Shown: positions 55,501 to 62,728 of the stretch, piece by piece
How positions within the stretch are numbered: the stretch's first letter is position 1
Layout: every line of letters begins with the position of its first letter
Assembly (NCBI RefSeq): GCF_018977255.1
Contig: NW_024704742.1
Coordinates: forward strand, 52,702,001 to 52,766,000
Source of the DNA: Callorhinchus milii
Lineage: Eukaryota
Length of the DNA stretch: 64,000 nt
Direction of reading: 5' to 3'
Notes under the pieces: model-generated
Told to the model about the DNA's origin: nothing
Database searches by the model: none
What the model saw: only the letters and a program-made list of their open reading frames with translations
Program-made: the position numbers and the translations under genes

Positions 55501-56773
55501 ATAACTAAGATTGAGAAATTATATGGATTCAAAGTTTCATCCTCCTACAGACCATTGCAACTCACCATTGTACACCTTTCCAATCAATAGCTTCCTTTTA
55601 TTTTCTAACTATAATAACGACTTGCATTTATATAGCTCCCTTCATGCAGAAGTCAATGACGGACCATGTGGATTTATCCCAAATTAACAGTTTAAGGGGA
55701 AAAAAGAATGTATCAGTTTGTGGGGGATTTACAAATCAAGCCAGAGCGCTCCATTTTAGCTGGAGCAAACAGTGAAGAAGTGGTTCTAGGACAGAACTAG
55801 GTCGTTATTGTTGTTTTGAGAAAGAGAGACACACAACTCTCTTACACACATACATTCAAAGGGTTACAAACCCACAATGTTTGACATCTTATTCTGGGGT
55901 TAATTATTTCCTCTTCAGAAATATACAGCCAATCTATGAGGATAATAATAATAATAATCCTTGCAATTGATATCATGTCTTTGAGACATTTCAAAGCACT
56001 TCACAGAATATACTGTAAAGTGAATTGATTGTATATTTTTGTGGACAATACGCGGTAGCCAATTGCATACAGCAGTGTCCCACACATAATCGTGGATTGA
56101 GTGATCCAATTATTATTATTATTATTATATTTTTTGATGGGCTTATTATCCCCAGCAAGCGATCTGCCAATCGATTAACAACTGGGTTCCTATTTACTAC
56201 TACGTAAACAGAGGCAGGTGGAGTAAGGAAGCTTGTCCAACATTTCGTTCTATGCCGGGATTTGAACGCAGTGCCTCTTGCTTGTGAGTGGAGTGTTCTA
56301 ACCACCAAGCTACAGGACTCCACTTGATATTGTTTGAACCAGTGACTGAAACATGTTTTCCTAATGCAAAGTTATTAATCCAGTTTTGGTTCACTTATTG
56401 TTTAAAAGTTTAATTTAATAAACATCGACGTACAGACTATTTTGTTAGATATTTTACCCATGTGCATACAAATCTGGTTGTTGCCTTTCTGATATTGACC
56501 ACAGCTGCCAATTTAAATCACTTGGCTGGTACTGTATGTAGTTGCTATATAGGCTTGTAAATAATAATAATCCTTGCATTTGATATAGAGCTTTGTCCAG
56601 AAGTCTCACAGGAAACACTGCAAAGTGATGTGACTGTGCATTTGAGCTGTGAACTTTTTCTTGCTGTTCTGTGTTGAATAAATTACAAACTAAATAAAGA
56701 CTCACCTCTTCAGAGCCAGGTTCAACCCGCAGATAGTTTTTACAATCCTGGCAATTCTTTGGAAAGTTCCCAT
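16319..56773 (-). CDS. Cyclic nucleotide-binding domain-containing protein 2-like (CNBD2/CRIS family), 16 coding exons, 520 aa
   Basis: Manual splice join 56773-56706, 51943-51832, 49628-49554, 49057-48969, 48017-47855, 47748-47665, 45756-45692, 41314-41237, 39728-39668, 38365-38212, 31229-31147, 30131-30032, 27844-27792, 25528-25442, 18317-18270, 16561-16319. All introns are GT-AG with compatible phases; total 1563 nt, no internal stop. Motifs: [90 protein letters not shown]. Motif order and several intron positions resemble CNBD2 as recalled. Orthology not established. Confidence 0.9.
18270..18317 (-). CDS. CNBD2-like coding exon 15 ([16 protein letters not shown])
   Basis: tttttgttcacAG acceptor, GTATGA donor, 48 nt. 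Confidence 0.87.
18590..18852 (-). mobile_element. L2 fragment
   Basis: [26 protein letters not shown]...GGKAFS. Confidence 0.85.
21430..21760. repeat. Second copy of the unclassified ~600-bp repeat
   Basis: Colinear with 54217-54615 (gttgacatgc, ctctgtggtggtc, gttcctgagccaggca, gcctggctcat, gaaagctt.ccagacag). Confidence 0.85.
22660..23121 (-). mobile_element. Full-length Deu-domain SINE (SacSINE1/AmnSINE-like)
   Basis: tRNA-like head tgtgtcagcctgg...; Deu core gttgcattgttgggaggtgctgtcctttggatgagatgttaaaccga; 3' part shared with the young SINEs. Confidence 0.85.
25442..25528 (-). CDS. CNBD2-like coding exon 14 ([29 protein letters not shown])
   Basis: tttatctttcaaAG acceptor, GTAAGT donor, 87 nt; the CNB-B barrel resumes here (I..LE.G..FG). 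Confidence 0.87.
27372..27742 (-). mobile_element. Deu-domain SINE
   Basis: Deu core at 27560-27705. Confidence 0.8.
27792..27844 (-). CDS. CNBD2-like coding exon 13 ([18 protein letters not shown]), insert region
   Basis: tttttcatttactatatcacAG acceptor, CCG|GTGAGA donor, 53 nt; the only candidate found that restores phase 1 to 0. Confidence 0.6.
28428..28690 (-). mobile_element. Degenerate CR1 3' end
   Basis: aacataagaa...aaggctattcagcc pattern, the reverse complement of a CR1 tail. Confidence 0.55.
29143..29582 (+). mobile_element. Candidate solo LTR
   Basis: TGTTATG...CGTAGCA imperfect terminal inverted repeat, internal 27-bp tandem repeat, ATTAAA near the 3' end; no TSD seen. Confidence 0.4.
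30032..30131 (-). CDS. CNBD2-like coding exon 12 ([33 protein letters not shown]), insert region
   Basis: ttgtctcatAG acceptor, AG|GTACTT donor, 100 nt, phase 0 to 1; GC-richer than its flanks. Confidence 0.7.
31147..31229 (-). CDS. CNBD2-like coding exon 11 ([28 protein letters not shown]), insert region
   Basis: cattttctttctAG acceptor, GTAAGA donor, 83 nt, phase 1 to 0; supported by splice signals and phase, not by homology. Confidence 0.7.
32343..32610 (-). mobile_element. L2 3' end fragment
   Basis: Tail and 3' UTR similar to 58238-58500. Confidence 0.8.
33704..34581 (+). mobile_element. L2 LINE 3' fragment, older subfamily
   Basis: [41 protein letters not shown]; (GTT)n tail. Confidence 0.92.
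35251..35821 (-). mobile_element. U2 snRNA-headed chimeric retroelement (SINEU-like)
   Basis: 35821-35768 matches U2 nt 1-54 at 47/54 positions; about 500 bp of non-U2 body ending in a hairpin, AATAAA and an A-rich end. Confidence 0.65.
35768..35821 (-). pseudogene. RNU2: U2 snRNA 5' fragment (nt 1-54)
   Basis: atcgcttctctgccttttggctagggtcaagtgtagcatgcgtttttatcagtt vs U2 ATCGCTTCTCGGCCTTTTGGCTAAGATCAAGTGTAGTATCTGTTCTTATCAGTT. Confidence 0.9.
36226..36296. repeat. (TA)/(CA)n microsatellite
   Basis: Directly visible. Confidence 0.95.
37112..37560 (+). mobile_element. Deu-domain SINE with a nested CR1 tail (about 37401-37495, minus strand)
   Basis: Deu core; inserted cataggaacataggaacaggagaaggccattcagccc. 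Confidence 0.8.
38212..38365 (-). CDS. CNBD2-like coding exon 10 ([10 protein letters not shown]...KCKGPLLQ)
   Basis: ccttatcAG acceptor, GTAAGA donor, 154 nt, phase 0 to 1; KS|GRC junction resembles CNBD2 SK|GSC. Confidence 0.85.
39668..39728 (-). CDS. CNBD2-like coding exon 9 ([20 protein letters not shown])
   Basis: tctctctcacAG acceptor, GTAAGT donor, 61 nt, phase 2 to 0. Confidence 0.88.
40540..40790 (-). repeat. Old interspersed repeat (related copies at about 25670-25930 + and 47085-47255 +)
   Basis: Shared motifs ggttagagaaggtaaa..agccaag..tcct.tcctga, cctgctggaa, ggtactggag. Confidence 0.55.
40925..41140. repeat. Purine-rich low-complexity tract
   Basis: About 215 bp dominated by A/G on the + strand. 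Confidence 0.85.
41237..41314 (-). CDS. CNBD2-like coding exon 8 ([26 protein letters not shown])
   Basis: tgttcctggcAG acceptor, GTTAGA donor, 78 nt; LP.F..W..EKL start of the second CNB domain. Confidence 0.88.
42246..42672 (+). mobile_element. Full-length Deu-domain SINE
   Basis: Same architecture. Confidence 0.85.
44300..44540 (-). mobile_element. Deu-domain SINE fragment
   Basis: Deu core, reverse complement. Confidence 0.7.
44560..45010 (-). mobile_element. Degenerate L2 fragment (different family)
   Basis: [23 protein letters not shown] C-terminal RT remnant. Confidence 0.6.
45692..45756 (-). CDS. CNBD2-like coding exon 7 ([22 protein letters not shown])
   Basis: ttaattctcAG acceptor, GTACTG donor, 65 nt, phase 0 to 2. 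Confidence 0.87.
45836..46282 (+). mobile_element. Full-length Deu-domain SINE
   Basis: Same architecture as 22660-23121. Confidence 0.85.
47665..47748 (-). CDS. CNBD2-like coding exon 6 ([28 protein letters not shown]), phosphate-binding cassette
   Basis: tatttttcAG acceptor, GTATGT donor, 84 nt; FGE..LL....R.AT cassette across the exon 5/6 junction. Confidence 0.95.
47855..48017 (-). CDS. CNBD2-like coding exon 5 ([23 protein letters not shown]...IEEGDLFG)
   Basis: CNB beta-barrel motifs; ttaattttAG acceptor, GTGAGC donor, 163 nt. Confidence 0.93.
48500..48854 (-). mobile_element. SINE (long form)
   Basis: Matches 1285-1644. Confidence 0.9.
48969..49057 (-). CDS. CNBD2-like coding exon 4 ([29 protein letters not shown])
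   Basis: cttttgttttaaAG acceptor, GTAAGT donor, 89 nt, phase 0 to 2. Confidence 0.88.
49554..49628 (-). CDS. CNBD2-like coding exon 3 ([25 protein letters not shown])
   Basis: ttttattgcAG acceptor, GTAATA donor, 75 nt; P..R(S/T)..E motif that precedes the CNB domain. Confidence 0.85.
49789..51033 (-). mobile_element. L2 LINE 3' fragment interrupted by a SINE
   Basis: L2 C-terminal peptides ([26 protein letters not shown]) and tail; SINE inserted at 50453-50790. Confidence 0.92.
50453..50790 (-). mobile_element. Young SINE (short form) nested in L2
   Basis: Full length; GTCAT duplicated on both sides (candidate TSD). Confidence 0.93.
51035..51327. repeat. Long inverted repeat (142-bp arms, 9-bp loop)
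   Basis: 51035-51176 is the reverse complement of 51186-51327 with 9 mismatches and no indels (hand count). Confidence 0.97.
51832..51943 (-). CDS. CNBD2-like coding exon 2 ([37 protein letters not shown])
   Basis: ttttgtttctcAG acceptor, GTTAGT donor, 112 nt, phase 2 to 0. Confidence 0.85.
51995..52350 (+). mobile_element. CR1 LINE ORF2 linker fragment
   Basis: [32 protein letters not shown]...[16 protein letters not shown]. Confidence 0.85.
53924..54796. repeat. Head-to-tail partial tandem (~1.4 units of ~600 bp) of an unclassified interspersed repeat
   Basis: 53924-54195 resembles 54571-54796; the middle portion also matches 21430-21760. Confidence 0.85.
54891..55159 (+). mobile_element. 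Young SINE (short form), 5'-truncated
   Basis: Reverse-complement match to 50453-50740. Confidence 0.92.
55942..56322 (-). mobile_element. SINE (long form)
   Basis: Matches 1285-1644. Confidence 0.88.
56706..56773 (-). CDS. CNBD2-like coding exon 1 ([23 protein letters not shown])
   Basis: Acceptor tcctgttctgctcccaacAG puts the exon start at 56780; ATG at 56773; donor AG|GTGAGT; phase 2 matches the next exon (LKR-Y). Confidence 0.8.
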
Positions 56774-57079
56774 TTTCACACTGTTGGGAGCAGAACAGGA
56801 TGATACCAATATGCAGTAAATATTCAGTAAAAAGATCGGTATTCTTAAATGCAACGTGTGATAAGTCCTTTTACAATCAACATTTAAGAGTACTGTATCC
56901 AGAAACTACCTTTGCAATGAGGTTAAGACTCGCAGTAAAAACCTGCACCGACCTGGAACTTGTCGAGGGACATAACACAGTAGTTCAGCACCAGATGTCA
57001 GCAGATCCCCAGAGCTAATGTACAAAATGATCCATCCGCTGCCCATTCCCTTCCGCATTATTCATCCAGAGGCACTCAC

Positions 57080-57300
57080 AGTGAACCCTGTCTCATGGGC
57101 ATCAGTCACTGTGATCCCACCTGAGGGCAGATTTCACGAGTCCCCCCGTGTGACCCATTCCACAACATAGGAACAATGTCAGTCTGACAGCACCTGATTT
57201 ACAGCTGAGCTGAGGGGAGGGGAGGAAGGAGGGAGGAGGGAGGAAGCTGTGCCCCATTGCTCCACTTGGGTCCCTATGGCTGAACCGTGCAAAGATCGTT
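57080..57300. promoter_or_regulatory. Probable promoter / upstream exon region of the CNBD2-like gene
   Basis: Locally GC/CpG-richer unique sequence; GGA-rich tract at 57212-57245; minus-strand donor ACT|GTGAGT at 57079-57074, upstream of the 56780 acceptor. Confidence 0.45.
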
Positions 57301-57838
57301 CACATTCCCCACTCAATCCCTCGACTCCTCGTTTTGCAAACGAACACCTTCATTCCCCAGATATGGAGAAACGAATGCATTTTTTTTTATTGCGTTCGAT
57401 ATTCCTTCTGCACGTTGTGCAAAAACTGCTGTCGGTTAATTAAAACACACACACACACACACACAATGTGTCTTACTCTTTACCAAATAGTATCCATATA
57501 AGATGTCAGATCGATGTTGAACTGGCATCCTTCCTTGCAAGGGTGAGATCAAAGGATGTGAGGTTTACAGTGTTGCAGTAGCAATAGGTAGGTTTGCATT
57601 TAATAAGTGTCAGTGTGCCACTGTGCCCTCCCCGCGTTGTTTCTACCAGAGTTCCAGTTTAAAAATAAATGTTTTTTTTCTTACTCTCCCTCTAAAAGCA
57701 CTATTCACATGGGGAGTGTTGAGCGCCCCTATGCTTGTAGGGAATTGATGTCTCTACTCTCAGTGCTTCCCTTTGGCAGTATTACTGCAATCAGGAAATC
57801 AACTGGGTGGCTATATTCCTGGATAGTATCAGTGCAGT

Positions 57839-58160
57839 TAATAATAATATTAATCCTTGCATTTGATATAGCACTTTTCACGTCTTCTAGACGTCCCAAA
57901 GCGCTTCACAGAATACACTGTAAAGTGAATTGACTGTATATTTGTGGGCGAACGCAGCAGCCAATTGCGCACAGCAATGTCTCACAAACAGTCATGGATT
58001 GAAAATGACCAATTTATTATTGTTTTGTTTTTTTGGAGGGATTATTATTAGGCTCTGTGTGGAGTAAGGAAACTTACCCAAGGTTTTGCCCTGCCTGGAA
58101 TTGAACTCACATCTCTCACTTGCAAAACGAGTGCTCTAACCACTGAGCTACAGGACTCCA
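57839..58160 (-). mobile_element. Young SINE (short form)
   Basis: Near-identical to 50453-50790. Confidence 0.92.
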
Positions 58161-58237
58161 TGTTACATGTTGTATGATCAGTCCTTTTTTTTTACAAAAT
58201 AATGCTCCTTGCATCATTGAGACATCATTGAGACATA

Positions 58238-58500
58238 TCAACAACAACAAATTACATTTATATAGTGCTTTTCACGTTGAGAGGACGACCCAAGGCGCTG
58301 GACAATCAGGGATTTGGACCCGAGTGGGGTTGGGATCAGGAAGGGTGGAGGGCAGAGAGGGCAGCAGTAGGAGGGTGGCCAAAAGCACGGTTGAAGAGGA
58401 GGGTCTTCAGACGTGCCTTGAATGAGGCAAGGGAGGGAGCAAGGCGAGGGGACTGTGGGATGGAATTCCAAAGGGTGGAGGCAGAGAAGCTGAAGGCACG
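58238..58500 (-). mobile_element. L2 3' end fragment inserted in an old SINE
   Basis: L2 tail; SINE pieces on both sides (58195-58237, 58501-58550). Confidence 0.8.
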
Positions 58501-58883
58501 TCACACAATATATTGTAAAGTGGATTGATTGTGTATTTTGTGGCGTACAATGAACTGAAAGAGAATGTTAACCAGTTGCTTCCTGAGAAGGAATAAAGGT
58601 TGTTTTCAACAAGTGACCTTGGGCACCAAATGTTTAGTTGCTCAGTTCAGTACCCAGTTTCTCTTAAGACCAAAAACACTAAGTCTATCAGTGTTTCTAA
58701 CAAATAGCTTACCACATTCCTTCCAATAAAGTGTAAATTGAGAACAAACTGATGCATTACAGGCCATGTGACTGGATAGGTTTTGAAAGGAGATTGTATC
58801 TATCAGCATTGCCTCTACGGCCTTAAATGTTATGGAAGGAAACATGCACAAACCTGATGTCTTACAGTCGGATACCCCACTCT

Positions 58884-59292
58884 ACAACAACAACAACAAC
58901 AAGATTCCATTTATAGAGAGCCTTTCACGTCGGGAGGACGTCCCAAGGCACTGTACAGTTGGGTCAGGAAATGGTCAGGGTGAGGGGAGGGAAGGGAGGA
59001 GCGAGGAGGGGGTAGAGAGTCGAGAAGGGAGCTGAAGGCACGGTCAAAGAGAAAGGTCTTGAGCCCGGCCTTGAAGGAGGAAAGGGAGGAGGCGGCGAAG
59101 GCACTGGGGGATAGAGTTCCAGAGCCTAGGGGCTGAGAGGCTGAAGGCCCGGCCACCGATGGTAGGGCGGTTGTGGCGGGGGATGTGGAGGAGACCGGAG
59201 CCAGAGGAATGGAGGGTGCGGGCAGGTAGGTAGGGGGATAGTAGGTCGGAGAGGTAGGAGAAAGCAAGGTCGTGAATGGCCTTGTAGGTGAT
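58884..59292 (-). mobile_element. L2 LINE 3' fragment (same family)
   Basis: Matches 60250-60675. Confidence 0.93.
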
Positions 59293-59718
59293 TCTATGTG
59301 ATTTGTCTTTTCAAACTGATGTTTAGATGTACCCTCAGAGCAGGCTCTTATTCCATCAGTCTGGGCAGTATTAAAACCAAGCTGTGATGAGATGAAAGCG
59401 AATGTTCTATCCACAAGGGAAATTGATGTTATAAATATATGTTGCACTTGGCTATTGAACAGCTTTCCAAACGTAACCTTTTCAACATGTTATTACATAC
59501 TGATTGAGTGGCTTTGTTTAAAGCTCTTCAAAGCTCAAATGTTTTCACCAGTGCATTGTTCACTTTCTTAGAAGAACAAGAACAACAATTTGCATTTATT
59601 TAGTGCCCTTCATGCTGGACTGTGTCTTGGAGCGCTTAACAGTGGTGGAGCCCGATGCTGAGCCAGGGGGAGGGGGAAGGTGAATGTAGGCACAGTCAAA
59701 GAGGAAGGTCCTCAACCA

Positions 59719-60108
59719 TTGATCTTATAGAAACATATAAGATTCTTATGGGGCTCGACAGAGTAGACAGTGCAAGACTATTTCCCCTGGTAGGAGAATC
59801 TAGAACTAGGGGTCACAGTTTTAAGATTAAGGGACCTTCGAACAGAGTTGAGGAAACACTTCTTCACTCAGAGGGTAGTGAATTTGTGCAATTCTCTACC
59901 CCAGAAGGCTGTAGATGCTTAGTCCTTGAACATATTCAAGACTGAGCTTGATAGGTTTCTAAAGGATAGATGGTCATTAAGGGATATGGGGATAAGGCGC
60001 GCAGATGGAGTTAGGTTAGAAAATCAGCCATGATCTTATTGAATGGCGGGGCAGGTTCAAGGGGCCAAATAGCCTACTCCTGCTCCTAATTCCGATGTTC
60101 CTATGATC
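59719..60108 (+). mobile_element. CR1 LINE 3' end, inserted in an old L2 fragment
   Basis: DLIETYKILMGLDRVD...SRTRGHSFKI; CR1-type 3' UTR and gttcctat tail; L2 pieces at 59575-59715 and 60110-60235. Confidence 0.9.
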
Positions 60109-60249
60109 TGAAAATGGGGAGAGAGGGCAAGGTTAAGGAGCTGTGATTCCACAGTTTTGTAGTATAGTGGCTGAAAGCACGACCGCCGATGGTGGGGTGG
60201 AGGGTCCAGAGGACAAGGAGGAGGCCAGATCCAGTCAAGTATATTCTGT

Positions 60250-61241
60250 GAACAACAACAACAACAACAAGATTTCATTTATAGAGCGCCTTTCACGTCG
60301 GGAGGATGTCCCAAGGCACTGGACAATTGGGTCGAGACCCGAGCAGGGGGGAAATGGTCAGGGTGAGGGGAGGGAAGGGAGGGAGGGAGGAGGGGGTAGA
60401 GAGTCGAGAGGGGAGCTGAAGGCATGGTCGAAGAGAAAGGTCTTGAGACCAGCCTTGAAGGAGGAAAGGGAGGAGGCAAGGCGAAGGCACTGGGGGATAG
60501 AGTTCCAGAGCCTAGGGGCTGAGAGGCTGAAGGCCCGGCCACCGATGGTAGGGCGGTTGTGGCGGGGGATGTGGAGCAGACTGGAGCCAGAGGAATGGAG
60601 GGTACGGGCAGGTAGGTAGGGGATAGTAGGTCGGAGAGGTAGGAGGGAGCGAGGCTGTGAATGGCCTTGTAGGTGAGGATGAGGATCTTGAATTCGATCC
60701 TCTGGGGGATGGGGAGCCAGTGGAGGCGAGCGAGGGTGGGAGTGATGTGGTCCCGAAGCCTGGTGAGGGACAGTACATGAGCTGCAGAGTTCTGAATGAC
60801 CTGCAGCTTGTGGAAGGAGGTGCCGGGAAGGCCGGTGAGGAGAGAGTTCCCATAGTCCAGCCTTGAGGGGATAAAGGTGTGGACCAGAGTTTCAGCAGCG
60901 TGAGGGGTGAGGTAGTGCCGTAGTCTGGCGATGTTTCAGAGGTGATGGAAGGCGGTGCCAGTTGTGGTGCAGATATGAGGAAGAAAGGACAGCTCAGAAC
61001 GCCAAGGTTCCTGACTGGCTTTGAGAGGTGGAGAGTGCAGCCTTGGATGCTGATGCTGTCAGCACCTGAGTTGCGGAGGCGCTATCGTGAGCCAATCAGG
61101 AGGGCCTCAGTTTTGCGCACGTTGAGCTGAAGAAAGTTGTCTCTCGTCCAGGACTCAATGTCAGACAGGCAGCTGTCAGGACATCAGTGGTCGTGGAGTT
61201 GAGGGTAGAGGAGGAAAGATAGAGTTGGGTGTCATCCGCAT
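60250..61241 (-). mobile_element. L2 LINE 3' fragment (same family as 2800-5462)
   Basis: Near-identical to 2800-3770; runs from the RT ADD motif to the (GTT)n tail. Confidence 0.95.
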
Positions 61242-62601
61242 GCTGTGAAGTGCCATGAGACATCCGAAGATGTGATAAGGCGCTTTATCATATGTAAGGA
61301 TTATTATGTATAAGCACTGAATATAATAATAAGTGTACAACCCAATACTTCTCCAACAATGACCACAATATCCATTCAGTTTGTGGCTTGCAGTGCTGAG
61401 TATAGGTTTATACTGTACCTCCAAACTTGCCACTTTCACATGTTAATCAGTGTGGATCTTGGCAATATATTTGTCCATTTTTATATTGCCTCTGACTGCA
61501 TCCTGATATGCACAGTTTAATATATCTTTAATATATCTTTTGAATATATTTTTTAAATATGTACTTGACTTTGCTGATTCAGGCAGAATCACTAATAGTG
61601 ACCTCAGCACCATGGGTTACTGAAAGAAAAAATCAGCTTGGGTTTCTATCGCTATCCAATGATCTCTTCAGGAAAGTTCACGTCGTTGGATGATTATAAG
61701 GAACAAGTGGAACTCAGCTTGGATGCTCCTCAGAGTCAAATAGCCCAATGGTGTTTATTTTCTATTGTCGACTGGCTCCATGAGTGAGATGCCAGGGGTT
61801 GCTGGCTCCCATGGAATTGTCACCCAACAAGAGGCAGGATCTTCAGGGTTCGAACAGCAAAAAAATAGAAAAAATAGTCCTCACATCTTTACCTGCAACT
61901 CTGAAAACAATTATCTGAAAACTTCAGAATCTGAAAATAATACTATATTGCACAAAATATAACCTAGTCCATGAATACAAATCAAAAGAACAGAAAACAA
62001 TTTGTATGCACTTAAAAATATATAGTGGTTTTGCTCAGGCCCAGGTGAATAAAAACATAAATATTGTATAGCGGATAGCAGAATAAGGATTAATATTGAA
62101 AACAATGTCAACATGGTCCACTGACTAAAGGTATGGCTTGTACAATGGTTAACACAAAATAAGCTTGCCAATCCTTCTTAAGGTATTCATATCATGTGAT
62201 TAGGTAAATTAATGGGCTAGAAATGTCTCAAGTTTCCCGCAATATTTACTTCAAATCTAATAACAGATTAAAAACTGATAAACAGCTCCTTCTTGTTTTA
62301 AATCGAGTTCCCTAATGGATGATGCACAAATCAATATCTCAACCTGGCTTTAGTAACTGTAATGGAATCTGTATGGATTGTAAATGACTTGGCAGACATA
62401 ACTCAGGGGAACTATACAGCAACAAGATTGATTGAAACTCCAATCCAATGATTTTTGTGTGTGATAGTGTTTAATTCCATTGAAGCTTCACTTGGATCCT
62501 ATTATGCAGATTGAATACATGATATCTTCTGAATTGTGTTCATAGGCGTTGAACAAAGTAAGTTTGTTAAATGTTCCACACCTGGAGGTCTGCTTAAAGA
62601 G

Positions 62602-62728
62602 ATGTCAGCGATACTGAGAAATGAGTTAAAGAAGAAAATCTTTAAACCAAATGGGGATCGGCTGTTTGCTGTGGTAGAAATAATAACATCAACACAGGAA
62701 GATGCAAGATATTACCTTTGTAATTCAG
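62602..62728 (+). CDS. First coding exon of an exocyst component 1 (EXOC1/EXOC1L, Sec3 N-terminal PIP2-binding domain) family gene; the gene continues beyond the window
   Basis: MSAILRNELKKKIFKPNGDRLFAVVEIITSTQEDARYYLCNS resembles the recalled N-termini of EXOC1L (..LEKKLFKP...IEI...Q.RYYLCVS) and EXOC1 (IFTPNDERLLSIV). Acceptor catAG at 62545; donor AG|GTAATA in phase 1 before the expected Val. Confidence 0.85.

Noticed and set aside
56983..57003. REST/NRSE-like half sites (TTCAGCACC; also near 61604)
   Set aside because: The right half (GGACAG) is absent.
1..62500. NMU/NMS expected from human EXOC1L synteny; HLRIPIFLLNIYC near 56850 faintly resembles the NMS signal peptide
   Set aside because: No in-frame ATG or donor, and no FLFHYS or FRPRN exons found; the segment is the intron upstream of CNBD2-like exon 1.
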